A stretch of DNA of 64,000 bases from Corallococcus sp. bb12-1 (GCF_026626765.1 NZ_JAPNJZ010000012.1:13012-77011), one strand, 5' to 3'; counted from the first letter of the stretch, positions 21,494-31,680 are shown. Notes: generated by a model not told the origin, from the sequence alone. Numbers and translations are program-made.

Positions 21494-21959
21494 CGGCCGT
21501 CCACACGCCGCGCACCATGGGGTCCCCGTACGCGTTGCGCGACTCGGTGGTCACGACGAGGAAGTCCATCCCGGCCTTGCGGTACAGCTCGCTGATGTGG
21601 CCGGTGGTGGTGAGCACGTCGCCCACCCGCAGCGCGCCCAGGAACTGCAGCTCCTGCTCGCCGTGCACCAGCCGCACGCGGTCCACGCCCAGCTCCGGAT
21701 CCGCGATGGCGGCGCTGAAGGGGCGGATGGCGAACACCACCGCGAAGCTGGGGAAGGCGATGAGGTTGCCGTAGGGCCCCGCCTTCGCCGCGTCCTCGTC
21801 GTAGAGCAGGGGGCTGACGTGGGCCGGCGGCGCTCCGAAAGTGCCCGCGGAGGGCACGGAGCCGCCCAGGATGAGGGAGAACTCTCGCGATTTCTCCCGG
21901 CCGATTTCGTAGGTGAAGGGGCCGTACGAGCGGCCGATGAACTTCGGGTCCAGGGCCAT
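21477..21959 (-). CDS. MaoC-N-terminal-like hot-dog fold protein (non-catalytic partner, HadA-like)
   Basis: Hot-dog sequence lacking the D…H motif; starts 3 nt after the upstream hot-dog gene, a two-gene dehydratase arrangement. Confidence 0.6.
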   Translation of the reverse strand: MALDPKFIGRSYGPFTYEIGREKSREFSLILGGSVPSAGTFGAPPAHVSPLLYDEDAAKAGPYGNLIAFPSFAVVFAIRPFSAAIADPELGVDRVRLVHGEQELQFLGALRVGDVLTTTGHISELYRKAGMDFLVVTTESRNAYGDPMVRGVWTAVIRPA

Positions 21960-21961
21960 GG

Positions 21962-22357
21962 CTATCCGAGCGAGGTTTCAACGACGGCGCCCCGGAGGAC
22001 GGGCTCGCCGCGTTGGTTGGTGGCGGTGACTTCCGTGCTCAGCCGGCCATCCGCGATGGCGGTGACACGGCCCTGGAAGGTGACGGTGTCCTCGGGCAGC
22101 ACCGGCCGGGAGAAGCGCACCCGGACGCGGCGCACGAGGCCCGGGTCCCCCACGAAGACGGCCACGGCCTCCACGGCCCAGCCCAGCGTGCAGAGGCCCT
22201 GGAGGATGACGCCGTCGAAGCCGGCGAGCCTCCCCACCTCCGGGTCGATGTGGATGGGGTTGTAGTCCCCGGAAGCGCCCGCGTAATACACCGGCCGCAG
22301 CCGGTCGCACTGGCGGACGTGCGTGAAGGTGTCTCCCACCTGGAACGTGCGTGCCAT
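21962..22357 (-). CDS. MaoC-like (R)-specific enoyl-CoA hydratase / hot-dog dehydratase (catalytic subunit)
   Basis: Hot-dog catalytic motif …YAGASGDYNPIHIDPE… (Asp/His). Confidence 0.7.
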   Translation of the reverse strand: MARTFQVGDTFTHVRQCDRLRPVYYAGASGDYNPIHIDPEVGRLAGFDGVILQGLCTLGWAVEAVAVFVGDPGLVRRVRVRFSRPVLPEDTVTFQGRVTAIADGRLSTEVTATNQRGEPVLRGAVVETSLG

Positions 22358-22397
22358 GAGGCGGGCAAGCCTACCGCCCCCCGCGCACGGGTGTCCG

Positions 22398-22442
22398 GTG
22401 GAAAGAAGAGAGGGGCGGCTCCCGTGTCGGGAACCGCCCCTC
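22398..22442 (-). terminator. Rho-independent terminator of the protease gene
   Basis: On minus strand: 9-bp stem GAGGGGCGG…CCGCCCCTC followed by TCTTCTTTCC; about 40 nt after the protease stop. Confidence 0.5.
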
Positions 22443-22482
22443 GTTCACTTCAGGGCTTCAGGAGTCCGAAGCCTCAAGTGCC

Positions 22483-25400
22483 TTACGCCGACTTGCGACG
22501 GCGCAGCATGCCCATGGCCGCGAACAGCGCCATCAGCGGAGCCATCCCGCCCACGGAGCCGCCGGCGGACGAGCAACCGCCGCCGTCCTCTTCCTCGAAC
22601 TTCGGCACGTTGACCTTCACTTCGGCGGTGCTGGTGGCACCGGCCGCGTCCGTCGCCGTCACGGTGAAGGTGTAGGTCTCCGCGGTGTTCTTCTTCGCCG
22701 GCGTGAAGCTGGCTTCGGCCGTGTTGGCACCCGTGAGGCTCGCCGCGGAGCCACCCGTCTGCGCCCAGGCGTACGTCAGCGTCTCGTTGTCCGGGTCGGT
22801 GGACGTCGAGGCGTCCAGCTTCACCAACTCACCGCCACGCACGCCCGAGATGACCCGGGCCTTGGCGACCGGCGCCTGGTTCACGTTCTTCACCGTCACC
22901 GTGTAGACGAACGGACCGGCCGTCGCGCCGTCCGCGTCCTTCGCCACCAGGCTGAAGGCCAGGGCCGTGTCGGCCTGGACCTGCGGCGCGGTGAACGTCA
23001 GCTTGGACGTGCCGGCGCCCGTGGTGGCCACCGTGCTGCCGCCGACCTGGGTCCAGGTGAAGGTGAGCGCGTCACCGTCCGGATCCGTGATGCCGGAAGC
23101 GTCCAGCTCCACCGCGTCACCCTCGTTCACCGTGATGGTGGCCGGAGCCTCGCCCACCGGGTGACGGTTCGACTTGCGCACCGTGACGTTGACCAGATCC
23201 GTGGCGGACTGGCCACCCGCCGTCACCGTGAGGCGGAAGGTGAGCTCCGTGGGGGCATTCACGTCCGGCGTCGTGAAGCTCGCCGAAGCCGTGTCCGCAC
23301 CCGTCAGGGTCACCGTGTCGCCCGCGGTCTGCTCCCAGTGGAACGAGAGCGCGTCGCCGTCAACGTCCGCACCGGACCCGTTGAGCGTCGCCGAGGCGCG
23401 AGAGGCCGCCTCGAAGTCCGCGCCGGCGTTGGCCGTCGGAGCGCGGTCCACGTTCTTCACCGTGACGTTGACCGTGTCCGTGGCGGACTTGCCGGCCGCC
23501 GTCACCGTGAGCTTGAAGCTGAGCGTCGTGGTCCCGCTGACGTCCGGCGCCGTGAAGCTCGGCGCGGCCGTCGTGGCACCCGTCAGCGTCACTTCCGTGC
23601 CCGCCAGCTGCTCCCACTGGTACGTCAGCGCGTCGCCGTCCGCATCCTCGCCGGAACCGGCCAGCGTGACGTTCGTGCGCTCATCCGCCGTGATGTCGAC
23701 GCCGGCGTTGGCCGTCGGAGCGCGGTCCACGCCCTTCACCGTCACGATGACCGTGTCCGTGGCGGTCTGGCCGTTCGCCGACGCGGTGAGCGTGAAGGTG
23801 AGCGTCGTGGTGGTGGCGACGTCCGGAGCCGTGAAGGTCGGCTTGGCCGCCGTGGTGCTCGACAGGGTCACCGCCGGGCCCGTGGTCTGCGCCCAGAGCA
23901 GCGACACCGCGTCGCCGTCCGGATCCGTGCCCGCGCCGTCCAGGGCGGCCTGCGTGCGCGTGTCCACCGTGAAGTCCGCGCCGGCGTTGGCCACCGGGGC
24001 ACGGTCCACGCTCTTCACCGTCACGGAGACGGCCTTCGACACCGTCGCGGTGCCGTCCGACACGCTCACCGTGAAGGTCAGCTGCGTGTCCGACGTCACG
24101 TCAGGGGCCGTGAAGCGGGCCGTGGCCGTGGCCGCGCCCGTCAGCGTCACCTTGGGCGTGCCGCCCGTCTGCGTCCAGGCGAAGGTCAGGTAGCCCTGGT
24201 CCACGCGGTCCGCGTCGGTGGAACCGGAGGCATCCAGCGTCACGCCGGTGTCACGCTCGTTCACCGTCGCCGGCGCGGTGATCGCGATGACCGGCGCCTG
24301 GTTCACGTCGATGATCTCGATCTCCACCGTCTTCGGGACGCTCGTCTTGCCGGCCGCGTCGGTGACGACGAGCTGGAAGGCGAGGGTGTCCGAGTAGTCC
24401 ACGTCCGCCTTGAAGCTGGGCGTCGCGGTGTCCGCATCCGTCAGCGTCACGGGCGTGGCGCCACCGGTCTGCGTCCAGGCGTAGGTGAGGGTGTCACCCG
24501 AGGCGGCGTCCGGGTCGAAGCTGCCCGAGCCGTTCAGGATGATGTTCGTGCGGGTGAAGACGCCCCCGACGATGGTGCCCTCGGCGACCGCCGTGGGCCC
24601 CACGCGGGACGGACCCGGGTTGGCGACCGGGCGGAGGTTGCAGGCGCCCGCGGCGTCCGGCTGCCCCGCCTGCGACGGGAACACGGGCGTCGCGCCCGTG
24701 AACGTCACGTCATCCACGTCCAGGCCGTACGCGCCGACCGCCAGGTCAGCGCCCACGCGGAAGCGGAAGCGCACGTTGTACAGCTCCAGGTCCGGGAAGA
24801 ACGTGCCGAAGTTGATGCTCGCGGACGTGAAGGCCGGGAAGCCCGCGCTCGTCAGGCCCATGGCCGCGCGACCCTCGATGGGGTTACCGCCGCCTTCGGA
24901 GATGTAGTGCGTGTAGCCCGGATCCGCGTCCACCACCGGGTACAGATCCCAGGGGTCGATCCAGTCGATGCCGTCGACCGTGAACTCCAGCACCGCGCCG
25001 TCGTAGGCCGCGGGCACGGCGGAGTAGTCCTGCTCGAAGGAGTGGCGGTACTTGTAGCTGATGGTGAAGTCTTCCGCCTGCGCCACCGTCATCCAGGGGC
25101 TGGTGAGGGTGAGCTCCGACGCCACCTCCGGGTTGTAGCCGTGCGCGAAGCGGTTGGTCACCGTGCCGCCGAGGGTGAAGTCACCCGAGGACGACAGGTT
25201 CTCCGACAGCGTCCACGCCGACAGGCCGGACTCGAAGGACTCCGTGTTGCTGATCGACGGCACGTCGTCGTAGTTGACGCGGCCATCGAACGTTACCGTC
25301 TTCGCCGCGGCGGGGATCTCCGGGGAGTCGAAGACGATCTTCAGGCCCGCGCGGGCGTTGGCGTTGGACACCGCGGAGAGGTTCACCGGCACGGATACGG

Positions 25401-28200
25401 TGGCCTGCGCGCCGCGCGACAGCGCGGGGACGGAGATCGTCGTGCCGTTCGGGAAGGCCAGGGTGGCCGTGGTGCTGGAGCTGCTGACCGTGCCCGTGAA
25501 GGAGCTCAGTCCGCCGCCGCCCACGTTGCGCACGGTGACCTTGAGGGTCCCCTGCTCGCCGACGTCGAGGACGCCGTCGTGGTCGCAACCCGCCACGCTG
25601 TCATCCAGCTTGATGCTGGTGATCTCGATGTTGCCACCCGAGGCGAAGCTCTCCACCACGCCGATGTGGTCGGAGGAGTTGCGGTCCGGCGCCTTGGCGC
25701 CGAAGCCCGCGCCGCGCTTGGCGAACGCCGCCACGAAGCGGCTGTAGTCCGCCGGATCCGACGCCAGGGCCACGGCCCACAGCGCGTCACGCGCCTCCAG
25801 GTACGTGGGCGCGTTCGGGGTCGCCTTGTAGGCGGCGACCAGGTAGCGCTTCATGCGGTCCTGGGCCTCCTGGAAGGGGTGCGCGTTCAGGAGGCTGGCG
25901 TAGGCCTCCCACAGCATGGTCGCCCACACTTCACCGCTGTTGTGGACCTGGCTGTTGGATGCGCCCGTCGCCGCGCCCGCGATCTGGGCGGCCGGCAGCG
26001 GCTCCCAGTTGGCGATGTGCTTGAACGTCAGGCTGTTCTTGGCGAAGTCCGTCGAATAGGGGATGCGACGGATGCCGAAGTAGTAGCCGTTGTTCCGGCC
26101 ACCGCTGGAGGTGTAGCCGGCGTTGGTGTAGACGCCCTGGAAGTTGGCGTTGCCGGGCTTGGTCCGGTCGCTCTCACGCACCTGCATGATCTGCGCGTGG
26201 AAGTCGCCCCAGCCCTCGCCCATCGCGCGGCCCTGGTTGTTGACGAGGCCCGCGGCGTTACCGATGAGGCGGTTGCTGATGTAGTGGCCCCACTCGTGGG
26301 CGATGATGCCGTTGTCGAGCGTACCGTCGCGATCCAGGTCCGCCGAGCGGCGCATCCTCACCGTGACGGGCCCATTCGCCAGCTCGGTCCTCCACTGGGT
26401 GGCGGCCGCCAGGGTGATGGACAGCGTGGGGATGGTCACGGCGGCGTTCGTGCCGCCCAGGCCCGGAGCCTCGCCCGCCGCGTTGTTCGCGACGACCGTG
26501 GCGATGGCGCCCGCGTTCTGCGCGTTCAGCGCCTTGGCGGAGAAGTCGCAGGCACCGCGGTCGATGATGGCGATCTTCCCCGTGAAGGTGTCCGCCGGGA
26601 AGGCCACGCAGCCGTTGGTGGCGGCCGAGACGACGTCACCCGTCACCTCGAACACCTGCTTGCCGAACGACGCGGAGCCGGAGTCGTAGACGCCCGCGAG
26701 CGCCGCCGGAGCCGTCACGCTCAGCTCGGGCACGCCGTTGAACACGTACATCTGCATGCGCGGCGACGCACCGTCGGCCGGCGTGCTCATGTTCGCGTTG
26801 TTGCGGCCGCCGAAGTCCTGGCCCTGGGCCTGGATGGGGTCGCCTTCCACGCCGCCACGGCCGAAGTTGAACGACTGGGCGTTGCCAGCGGCCTCGTCGA
26901 AGCCGGCGTCGTAGAACCAGTCGTGAAGGAAGTTGTTCACGTAGAACAGGTTCACCACCGCCGCCTTGATCTGCGTCGGGCTGGCGTTGGGCGCCTTGGT
27001 CTGGTCGAAGACGTGGCCGAAGGTGTTGGCCCCCGTCGTCTCCGCGCGCAGGTCCGCGCTGCCGGGCGTGAAGCCATCCGGCCCCACGAGGTCCGCGTAC
27101 GCGTCCACGTTGTTGCCGAGCGTCTGTGACGCGTTGGCCGGCAGCCACGGGTCGTTCTTGGTGAACGGCGAGTTGGCGATGGTGATGTCGTGCTGCGGGC
27201 GGTTCAGGGGGATCTGGAAGCCGTCGCGCAGGCCCGTGGGGTGCGGGGTCGCGTCGTTGCCCTGGGGACCGTCCTCCGGGATGTACGGCGAGGTGACGTC
27301 CGCCCAGACCTTGTAGGTGAAGGGCGTGCCCGCGGCGTCCGAGGTCAGGTCGTTGCGGAAGAGCACCTTGCCGGTGGTCGCCGACACGACGTAGGCGAAG
27401 TACTGGCTGGAGCGCGCCGCCTTCGGGCCGGCGTTGACCTCCACGTACCAGGCGGGCTCGAGCGTGTCGGCCAGGGTGTAGAACACCTGACGGGCACGGG
27501 CCGGGATGGTCAGGTCCTGCGCCAGCGACGCCTTCGCGGACGGGGCCAGCTCGAAGAAGGTGTACTCGCCCTGCGTGCCGGTGTTGACGAACGAGGTGGC
27601 CTGCGTGCCGGAGCCCGTCAGGTCCTTGAACGCACCGGAGAGGGCATCCGCGGCGCCCAGGCGGAACGACGAAGCGCTGCGGGCCTTCAGGCGCGCGTTG
27701 AGCGTCAGGTCGGACGGGGCCAGGTAGCCGCTGACGGCCACCAGGCGCATGTCCTGCGCCATGATGACCTTGATCTCGTTGCGGAAGACCGGGATGCCGC
27801 CAACCGTCTGGTTGAAGGTGGCGATGATCGGGCCGGTGCCCGTGTTGTGCACCGCGCGCAGCGTGGCGCCGGAGACGTCATCCCGCGACAGGCGGTAGTT
27901 GTCCGCCACCGTCTGCAGGTGCGCGCGCGCCGCGCTCTCCGCCGTCATGCCATTGCGGATGACGGACTTGGACTGCGCGCCATCCTGCGCCGCCCACGCG
28001 AACGTGGGAACGCCGAGCCGCTGCTCGGTCTGCTCGACGCGAAGCCCGCGCGATACCGCCGTGTCGGGGTCCACGGCGAGCTGGCGCGACTCCTTCTGCT
28101 CCAGGAACGCGTCGAAGTTCGACCGCTCCTTGGCCCACGCGCTGGTACCCGCGATGGGCACCAGCAGCAGGCTGGTCAAAAGCTTTTCCCTGAGACGCAT
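22483..28200 (-). CDS. Secreted 1905-aa M36 (fungalysin)-like zinc metalloprotease with PA domain, about 8 PKD-like repeats and MYXO-CTERM sorting signal
   Basis: N-terminal signal peptide (MRLREKLLTSLLLVPIAGTSAWA). HEWGHYISNRLIG zincin motif closely resembling fungalysin HEYTHGLSNRL. PA-domain-like block GKIAIIDRGACDFSAKALNAQNAGAIATVVANN. C-terminal 95-aa repeats (…NAGADFTV…DGSGSxDPDGDALTYxWxQ…). Terminal …GGGCSSAGG…hydrophobic…RRRKSA matches the Myxococcales MYXO-CTERM tripartite tail. Confidence 0.8.
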   Translation of the reverse strand: MRLREKLLTSLLLVPIAGTSAWAKERSNFDAFLEQKESRQLAVDPDTAVSRGLRVEQTEQRLGVPTFAWAAQDGAQSKSVIRNGMTAESAARAHLQTVADNYRLSRDDVSGATLRAVHNTGTGPIIATFNQTVGGIPVFRNEIKVIMAQDMRLVAVSGYLAPSDLTLNARLKARSASSFRLGAADALSGAFKDLTGSGTQATSFVNTGTQGEYTFFELAPSAKASLAQDLTIPARARQVFYTLADTLEPAWYVEVNAGPKAARSSQYFAYVVSATTGKVLFRNDLTSDAAGTPFTYKVWADVTSPYIPEDGPQGNDATPHPTGLRDGFQIPLNRPQHDITIANSPFTKNDPWLPANASQTLGNNVDAYADLVGPDGFTPGSADLRAETTGANTFGHVFDQTKAPNASPTQIKAAVVNLFYVNNFLHDWFYDAGFDEAAGNAQSFNFGRGGVEGDPIQAQGQDFGGRNNANMSTPADGASPRMQMYVFNGVPELSVTAPAALAGVYDSGSASFGKQVFEVTGDVVSAATNGCVAFPADTFTGKIAIIDRGACDFSAKALNAQNAGAIATVVANNAAGEAPGLGGTNAAVTIPTLSITLAAATQWRTELANGPVTVRMRRSADLDRDGTLDNGIIAHEWGHYISNRLIGNAAGLVNNQGRAMGEGWGDFHAQIMQVRESDRTKPGNANFQGVYTNAGYTSSGGRNNGYYFGIRRIPYSTDFAKNSLTFKHIANWEPLPAAQIAGAATGASNSQVHNSGEVWATMLWEAYASLLNAHPFQEAQDRMKRYLVAAYKATPNAPTYLEARDALWAVALASDPADYSRFVAAFAKRGAGFGAKAPDRNSSDHIGVVESFASGGNIEITSIKLDDSVAGCDHDGVLDVGEQGTLKVTVRNVGGGGLSSFTGTVSSSSTTATLAFPNGTTISVPALSRGAQATVSVPVNLSAVSNANARAGLKIVFDSPEIPAAAKTVTFDGRVNYDDVPSISNTESFESGLSAWTLSENLSSSGDFTLGGTVTNRFAHGYNPEVASELTLTSPWMTVAQAEDFTISYKYRHSFEQDYSAVPAAYDGAVLEFTVDGIDWIDPWDLYPVVDADPGYTHYISEGGGNPIEGRAAMGLTSAGFPAFTSASINFGTFFPDLELYNVRFRFRVGADLAVGAYGLDVDDVTFTGATPVFPSQAGQPDAAGACNLRPVANPGPSRVGPTAVAEGTIVGGVFTRTNIILNGSGSFDPDAASGDTLTYAWTQTGGATPVTLTDADTATPSFKADVDYSDTLAFQLVVTDAAGKTSVPKTVEIEIIDVNQAPVIAITAPATVNERDTGVTLDASGSTDADRVDQGYLTFAWTQTGGTPKVTLTGAATATARFTAPDVTSDTQLTFTVSVSDGTATVSKAVSVTVKSVDRAPVANAGADFTVDTRTQAALDGAGTDPDGDAVSLLWAQTTGPAVTLSSTTAAKPTFTAPDVATTTTLTFTLTASANGQTATDTVIVTVKGVDRAPTANAGVDITADERTNVTLAGSGEDADGDALTYQWEQLAGTEVTLTGATTAAPSFTAPDVSGTTTLSFKLTVTAAGKSATDTVNVTVKNVDRAPTANAGADFEAASRASATLNGSGADVDGDALSFHWEQTAGDTVTLTGADTASASFTTPDVNAPTELTFRLTVTAGGQSATDLVNVTVRKSNRHPVGEAPATITVNEGDAVELDASGITDPDGDALTFTWTQVGGSTVATTGAGTSKLTFTAPQVQADTALAFSLVAKDADGATAGPFVYTVTVKNVNQAPVAKARVISGVRGGELVKLDASTSTDPDNETLTYAWAQTGGSAASLTGANTAEASFTPAKKNTAETYTFTVTATDAAGATSTAEVKVNVPKFEEEDGGGCSSAGGSVGGMAPLMALFAAMGMLRRRKSA
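22600..24900. repeat. About eight roughly 285-bp coding tandem repeats (PKD-like modules) within the protease gene
   Basis: Periodicity visible in both protein (APxANAG…VTVKxVDR units) and DNA; boundaries approximate. Confidence 0.55.
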
Positions 28201-28755
28201 GCGCCTTCCTTCTTGGGGGTGATGAACTGCCGGACGAGGGGACTGCGAGAGACGACGACGGTGGAGTGGAGCGCGCCTGGGGCGGCGGGCTCCCTACGGC
28301 TGATGGACCGTGGGTGGACAGCCCAATAGAGAACGCATCCCAACGTCCGGGGTCGCACGGAGGCGACAGCGGGACGTGATGCGGGAAGTCAGGGCGGAGA
28401 GGAAGAGCGCGGAGGGCGCGATGCGCTCCTCGGGGCCGGACAGGCGGAACGCCACACCCGCGTCTGGGGTGGCTGATGCGAATTCCGTGTCAACGATTCC
28501 TGGCAAAAGCTGCTCTCCAACTCACTGTTCCGAACGCGGTGCTGTTCACCGGATCGGATTCAAGTGGGAGCGCATGCTAACCAGGACACTGGATCGTTGA
28601 AAAGAGGGGGGGGCCCTCAACTTTGCGTTAGCAACCCAGTAACAATTGTCAGTCTGGAATAAGCCGCGCCCGAGAGGGAAATCCCCCTGCGGCCGGGCGA
28701 GCGTGGTGCCGGGAGCAACGCCGCGCCGTCCCTTGCTTCCGGCGCGCATCCCTGC

Positions 28756-29922
28756 TCAGCGGCGCGTGCGGGGCGCGGGACTGCTGTCCTCGACGGAGGG
28801 CAGGGGCGCGTGGTCGAGCGGATCATCCACGTCCGCGCCCTCGCGCCGCTGCTTGTACTGGTCACGCACGTACGCGACGAGTTGATCCAGATAGGTGGAC
28901 AGCGGCGGGCAGCGCACGCCGGTGCCGTCGAGCAGCTCCAGCGTGTTGTGGCAATTGTAGATGGCCAGGTGGTTCACGTAGCTGATGGCCGCGCGCTGGG
29001 GCCGGGCCAGCTTCTCCAGCAAGGGCAGCCGCAGCATCACGTCCGCGGCGCGCGCGGACAGGTTGAAGCGCGGCAGCTTCTTATGGGACTTCTCCGCGAT
29101 GAGTTCGTACACGCGCCGCGCGCTCATCGGGTTGGGGTCCACCAGGTGGAACGTGCGGCCCTTCGCGCGCTCATCCCGCGCCAGCCGCCACACCGCCTCC
29201 ACCACGAAGTCCACCGGCACCACGTTGAGGGGTGCGACGCCGTTGCCCGGCAGGGGCAGCGGCACCACCAGCGGCGACGTGACGAGCAGGATGCCCAGGT
29301 AGTAGGGGCCCTCGAAGCGATCAATCTCTCCCGTGCGCGAGTCACCCACCACGCTGGAGGGCCGGAAGATGGTGACGGGGAGGGTGGCGGCCGCGCGCTG
29401 CACCAGCCGCTCCGCCTGGAACTTCGTCTCCTCGTAGGCGTTGCGGAAGGACTGGCCGCGATCCAACTCGTCCTCGGCGATGACGCCCACCCGGTCGCCG
29501 GACACGTAGCAGGTGGAGAAGTGGCTGAAGCGCGACAGGTTCTCGCAGTCGCGCGCCAGCTCCAGCAGGTTGCGGGTGCCGTCCACGTTCACCCGCCACG
29601 CGGTCTCCTTGGGCACGCCCAATTGGGACACCGCCGCCAGGTGGAAGATGTCCGTCACCCGTTCGCACAGGCGCTGGTATTCCTCGCCGGACAGGCCCAG
29701 GTGCATGTCCACCGCGTCGCCGGTGAGCAGCTCCACCTTCGCGCCCTGCACCTTCGCCGCGAGCGTCTGGGCCTCCTTGAAGGCCTTGGGCTGCACCAGC
29801 GCGTAGATGTGGCCCTTCGGGTCCTCGCGCGCGATGTGCTCCACCAGCCGCTTGCCGATGAAGCCCGGGTAGCCGGTGATGAAGTAGGTGCCTGCGGGAC
29901 TCTTCCTGGGCGTGGCGCTCAT
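28756..29922 (-). CDS. SDR-family NAD(P)-dependent oxidoreductase (NAD_binding_4 / thioester-reductase-like)
   Basis: …TYFITGYPGFIGKRLVEHI… Rossmann motif and …YEETKFQAERLV… (YxxxK); start placed at MSATPRK, dropping the 77-aa low-complexity N-terminal extension of the ORF. Confidence 0.65.
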   Translation of the reverse strand: MSATPRKSPAGTYFITGYPGFIGKRLVEHIAREDPKGHIYALVQPKAFKEAQTLAAKVQGAKVELLTGDAVDMHLGLSGEEYQRLCERVTDIFHLAAVSQLGVPKETAWRVNVDGTRNLLELARDCENLSRFSHFSTCYVSGDRVGVIAEDELDRGQSFRNAYEETKFQAERLVQRAAATLPVTIFRPSSVVGDSRTGEIDRFEGPYYLGILLVTSPLVVPLPLPGNGVAPLNVVPVDFVVEAVWRLARDERAKGRTFHLVDPNPMSARRVYELIAEKSHKKLPRFNLSARAADVMLRLPLLEKLARPQRAAISYVNHLAIYNCHNTLELLDGTGVRCPPLSTYLDQLVAYVRDQYKQRREGADVDDPLDHAPLPSVEDSSPAPRTRR

Positions 29923-29948
29923 TCGCGGCGCAGCATACCCGCCCGGTG

Positions 29949-30545
29949 TCAGCCGTGGGCGAGCATCGCCCGCCATACCGCTTCCACCTGGGGACGGGTG
30001 GACTCCGGGGCACCACTGTTGTCGATGACCCACGTGGCGTGCGCGCGCTTGTCGTCCAGGGACAGCTGCGCGGACAGCCGCGCCTCCGCCGCCTGAGCGT
30101 CCAGCCCGTCGCGCGCCATCAGCCGCGCCTTCTGCACGTCCCGGGGCACCCACACCACGGCCACGCCCTCCATCGCGGTGTGCAGCCCCGTCTCGATGAG
30201 GAGCGGGACGTCATACACGGCGTGGGTGATGCCCTCCGCCTCCAGCGCCTGGAGCTTCGTGAGGAACGCGGCGCGCACCTGGGGGTGCACGATGGCGTTG
30301 AGGGCGGCGCGTTCAGCGGGGTCCGCGAAGATGTGGGTGGCAAGCCTCACCCGGTCCAGACGGCCGTCGGGGCCCAGCACGCCGGGGAAGCGCTCGGAGA
30401 TGCGCTGGAGGCCGGGCGTACCGGGCTCCACCACCTCCCGGGCGATGACATCCGCGTCCAGCACGCGCGCGCCCAATTCGCGCAGCATCCGGCTCACGGT
30501 GCTCTTGCCGGAGGCGATGCCGCCCGTCAGGCCGAAGACGTGCAC
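29949..30545 (-). CDS. coaE: Dephospho-CoA kinase
   Basis: MHVFGLTGGIASGKST…HPQVR…VYDVPLLIE…. Confidence 0.8.
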   Translation of the reverse strand: MHVFGLTGGIASGKSTVSRMLRELGARVLDADVIAREVVEPGTPGLQRISERFPGVLGPDGRLDRVRLATHIFADPAERAALNAIVHPQVRAAFLTKLQALEAEGITHAVYDVPLLIETGLHTAMEGVAVVWVPRDVQKARLMARDGLDAQAAEARLSAQLSLDDKRAHATWVIDNSGAPESTRPQVEAVWRAMLAHG

Positions 30546-30548
30546 GGG

Positions 30549-31031
30549 TTACTTCGCGGCCTTGGGCGTGGTGAAGACGAAGGATTGCACCGTCTTGCCG
30601 TCCTCGTTGAAGAAGATGGCCACGCCCAGCTTCACGTAGAGGAAGTAGGTGCGGAAGTCGTCGGTGAGCTTGCGCAGGTAGCAGGGCGTGGCGGGCGCGG
30701 CTCCGGCGGGGCAGGCGGGGCCGTAGCTGTTCTCGATGGTGTCCTTCTCGATGACGGGCGCGGGGAACACGTCGATGCGCTCCACCATCTGCGTGGCCGG
30801 GTCCACCTTGAACTGGGCCTGGGTGGTGCCCTTGATGGCCTCCTTGGCGAAGTAGGCCAGAATCTCCTTCCCGTCCTGGGACATGGTCCGGGACGGTTCG
30901 CCGAACTTCTTCACGATGTCCTCCTTCTTGGAGGACCCGGGTTCGATGCCCTGCCACGGCTTGGCGGAAGCAGGCAGGGAGACGGCGATGGCTGCGACAA
31001 CGACAAGGACGAAACTGACGGGGGTCCGCAT
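30549..31031 (-). CDS. Secreted hypothetical protein (signal peptide)
   Basis: MRTPVSFVLVVVAAIAVSLPASA signal peptide; 3 nt upstream of coaE; no family recognised. Confidence 0.5.
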   Translation of the reverse strand: MRTPVSFVLVVVAAIAVSLPASAKPWQGIEPGSSKKEDIVKKFGEPSRTMSQDGKEILAYFAKEAIKGTTQAQFKVDPATQMVERIDVFPAPVIEKDTIENSYGPACPAGAAPATPCYLRKLTDDFRTYFLYVKLGVAIFFNEDGKTVQSFVFTTPKAAK

Positions 31032-31166
31032 CTCGACTCCTCCCTAGCGGATCAGGCAGGCGCGCCTCAAGGTCCGTTCCCTAGAAGCAACGCGCGTGTC
31101 CACCCGGCATTCAATCACGAATGAGACGCCTTGCCCCCTCCGGGGGGCTCTGCTACGTGCTCAGGC

Positions 31167-31680
31167 CATGCGTTCTCGTGCCATCCGGGTCTTTTCCGCC
31201 CTCCTGCTCGCCGCTTCAGGCGGTCTTGCCGGGGCTGCGGACTTCACGGGTCCCGACAGCTGCAAGGGGTGCCACCCGGAGGCCTACGACGCGTGGATGA
31301 AGTCCAAGCACGCCCGGGCCACGGACACGCTGGCGGACGCGCAGAAGAAGGACGCACGCTGCCTGTCCTGCCATGCGCCGGACCAGGCGACGCAGACGCT
31401 GACGGCCGTCACCTGCGAGACGTGTCACGGGGGAGGGCAGTACTACTCTCCGTCCTACGTGATGAAGGACCCGGAGCTCGCGCGGCTGGTGGGGTTGGTG
31501 GACCCCTCCGAGAAGCAGTGCCGCACCTGCCATGACGCTTCGTCTCCCTCCCTGCGCCCGTTTGATTTCAAGGAAGCGCTGAAGGCCATTGACCACTGGT
31601 CCGCCGAACGTGCCCGCAAGCAGCAGACCCGCGCGGACGCGGCCCCCTCCACGCCGGCACCCGCCACGGCGAAGAAGTGA
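31167..31680 (+). CDS. Small tetraheme c-type cytochrome (4 CxxCH)
   Basis: Signal peptide then CKGCH, CLSCH, CETCH, CRTCH within about 110 residues. Confidence 0.65.

Noticed and set aside
22600-24900. Regular approximately 285-bp tandem repeats as a possible CRISPR or minisatellite array
   Set aside because: The units are in-frame coding modules (PKD-like domains) of the protease. They have no spacer/repeat structure and no cas genes.
23161-27129. 1322-aa plus-strand ORF
   Set aside because: It is antisense to the M36 protease gene. Its Arg/Gly/Val-rich repeats are just the reverse complement of the PKD-repeat coding DNA.
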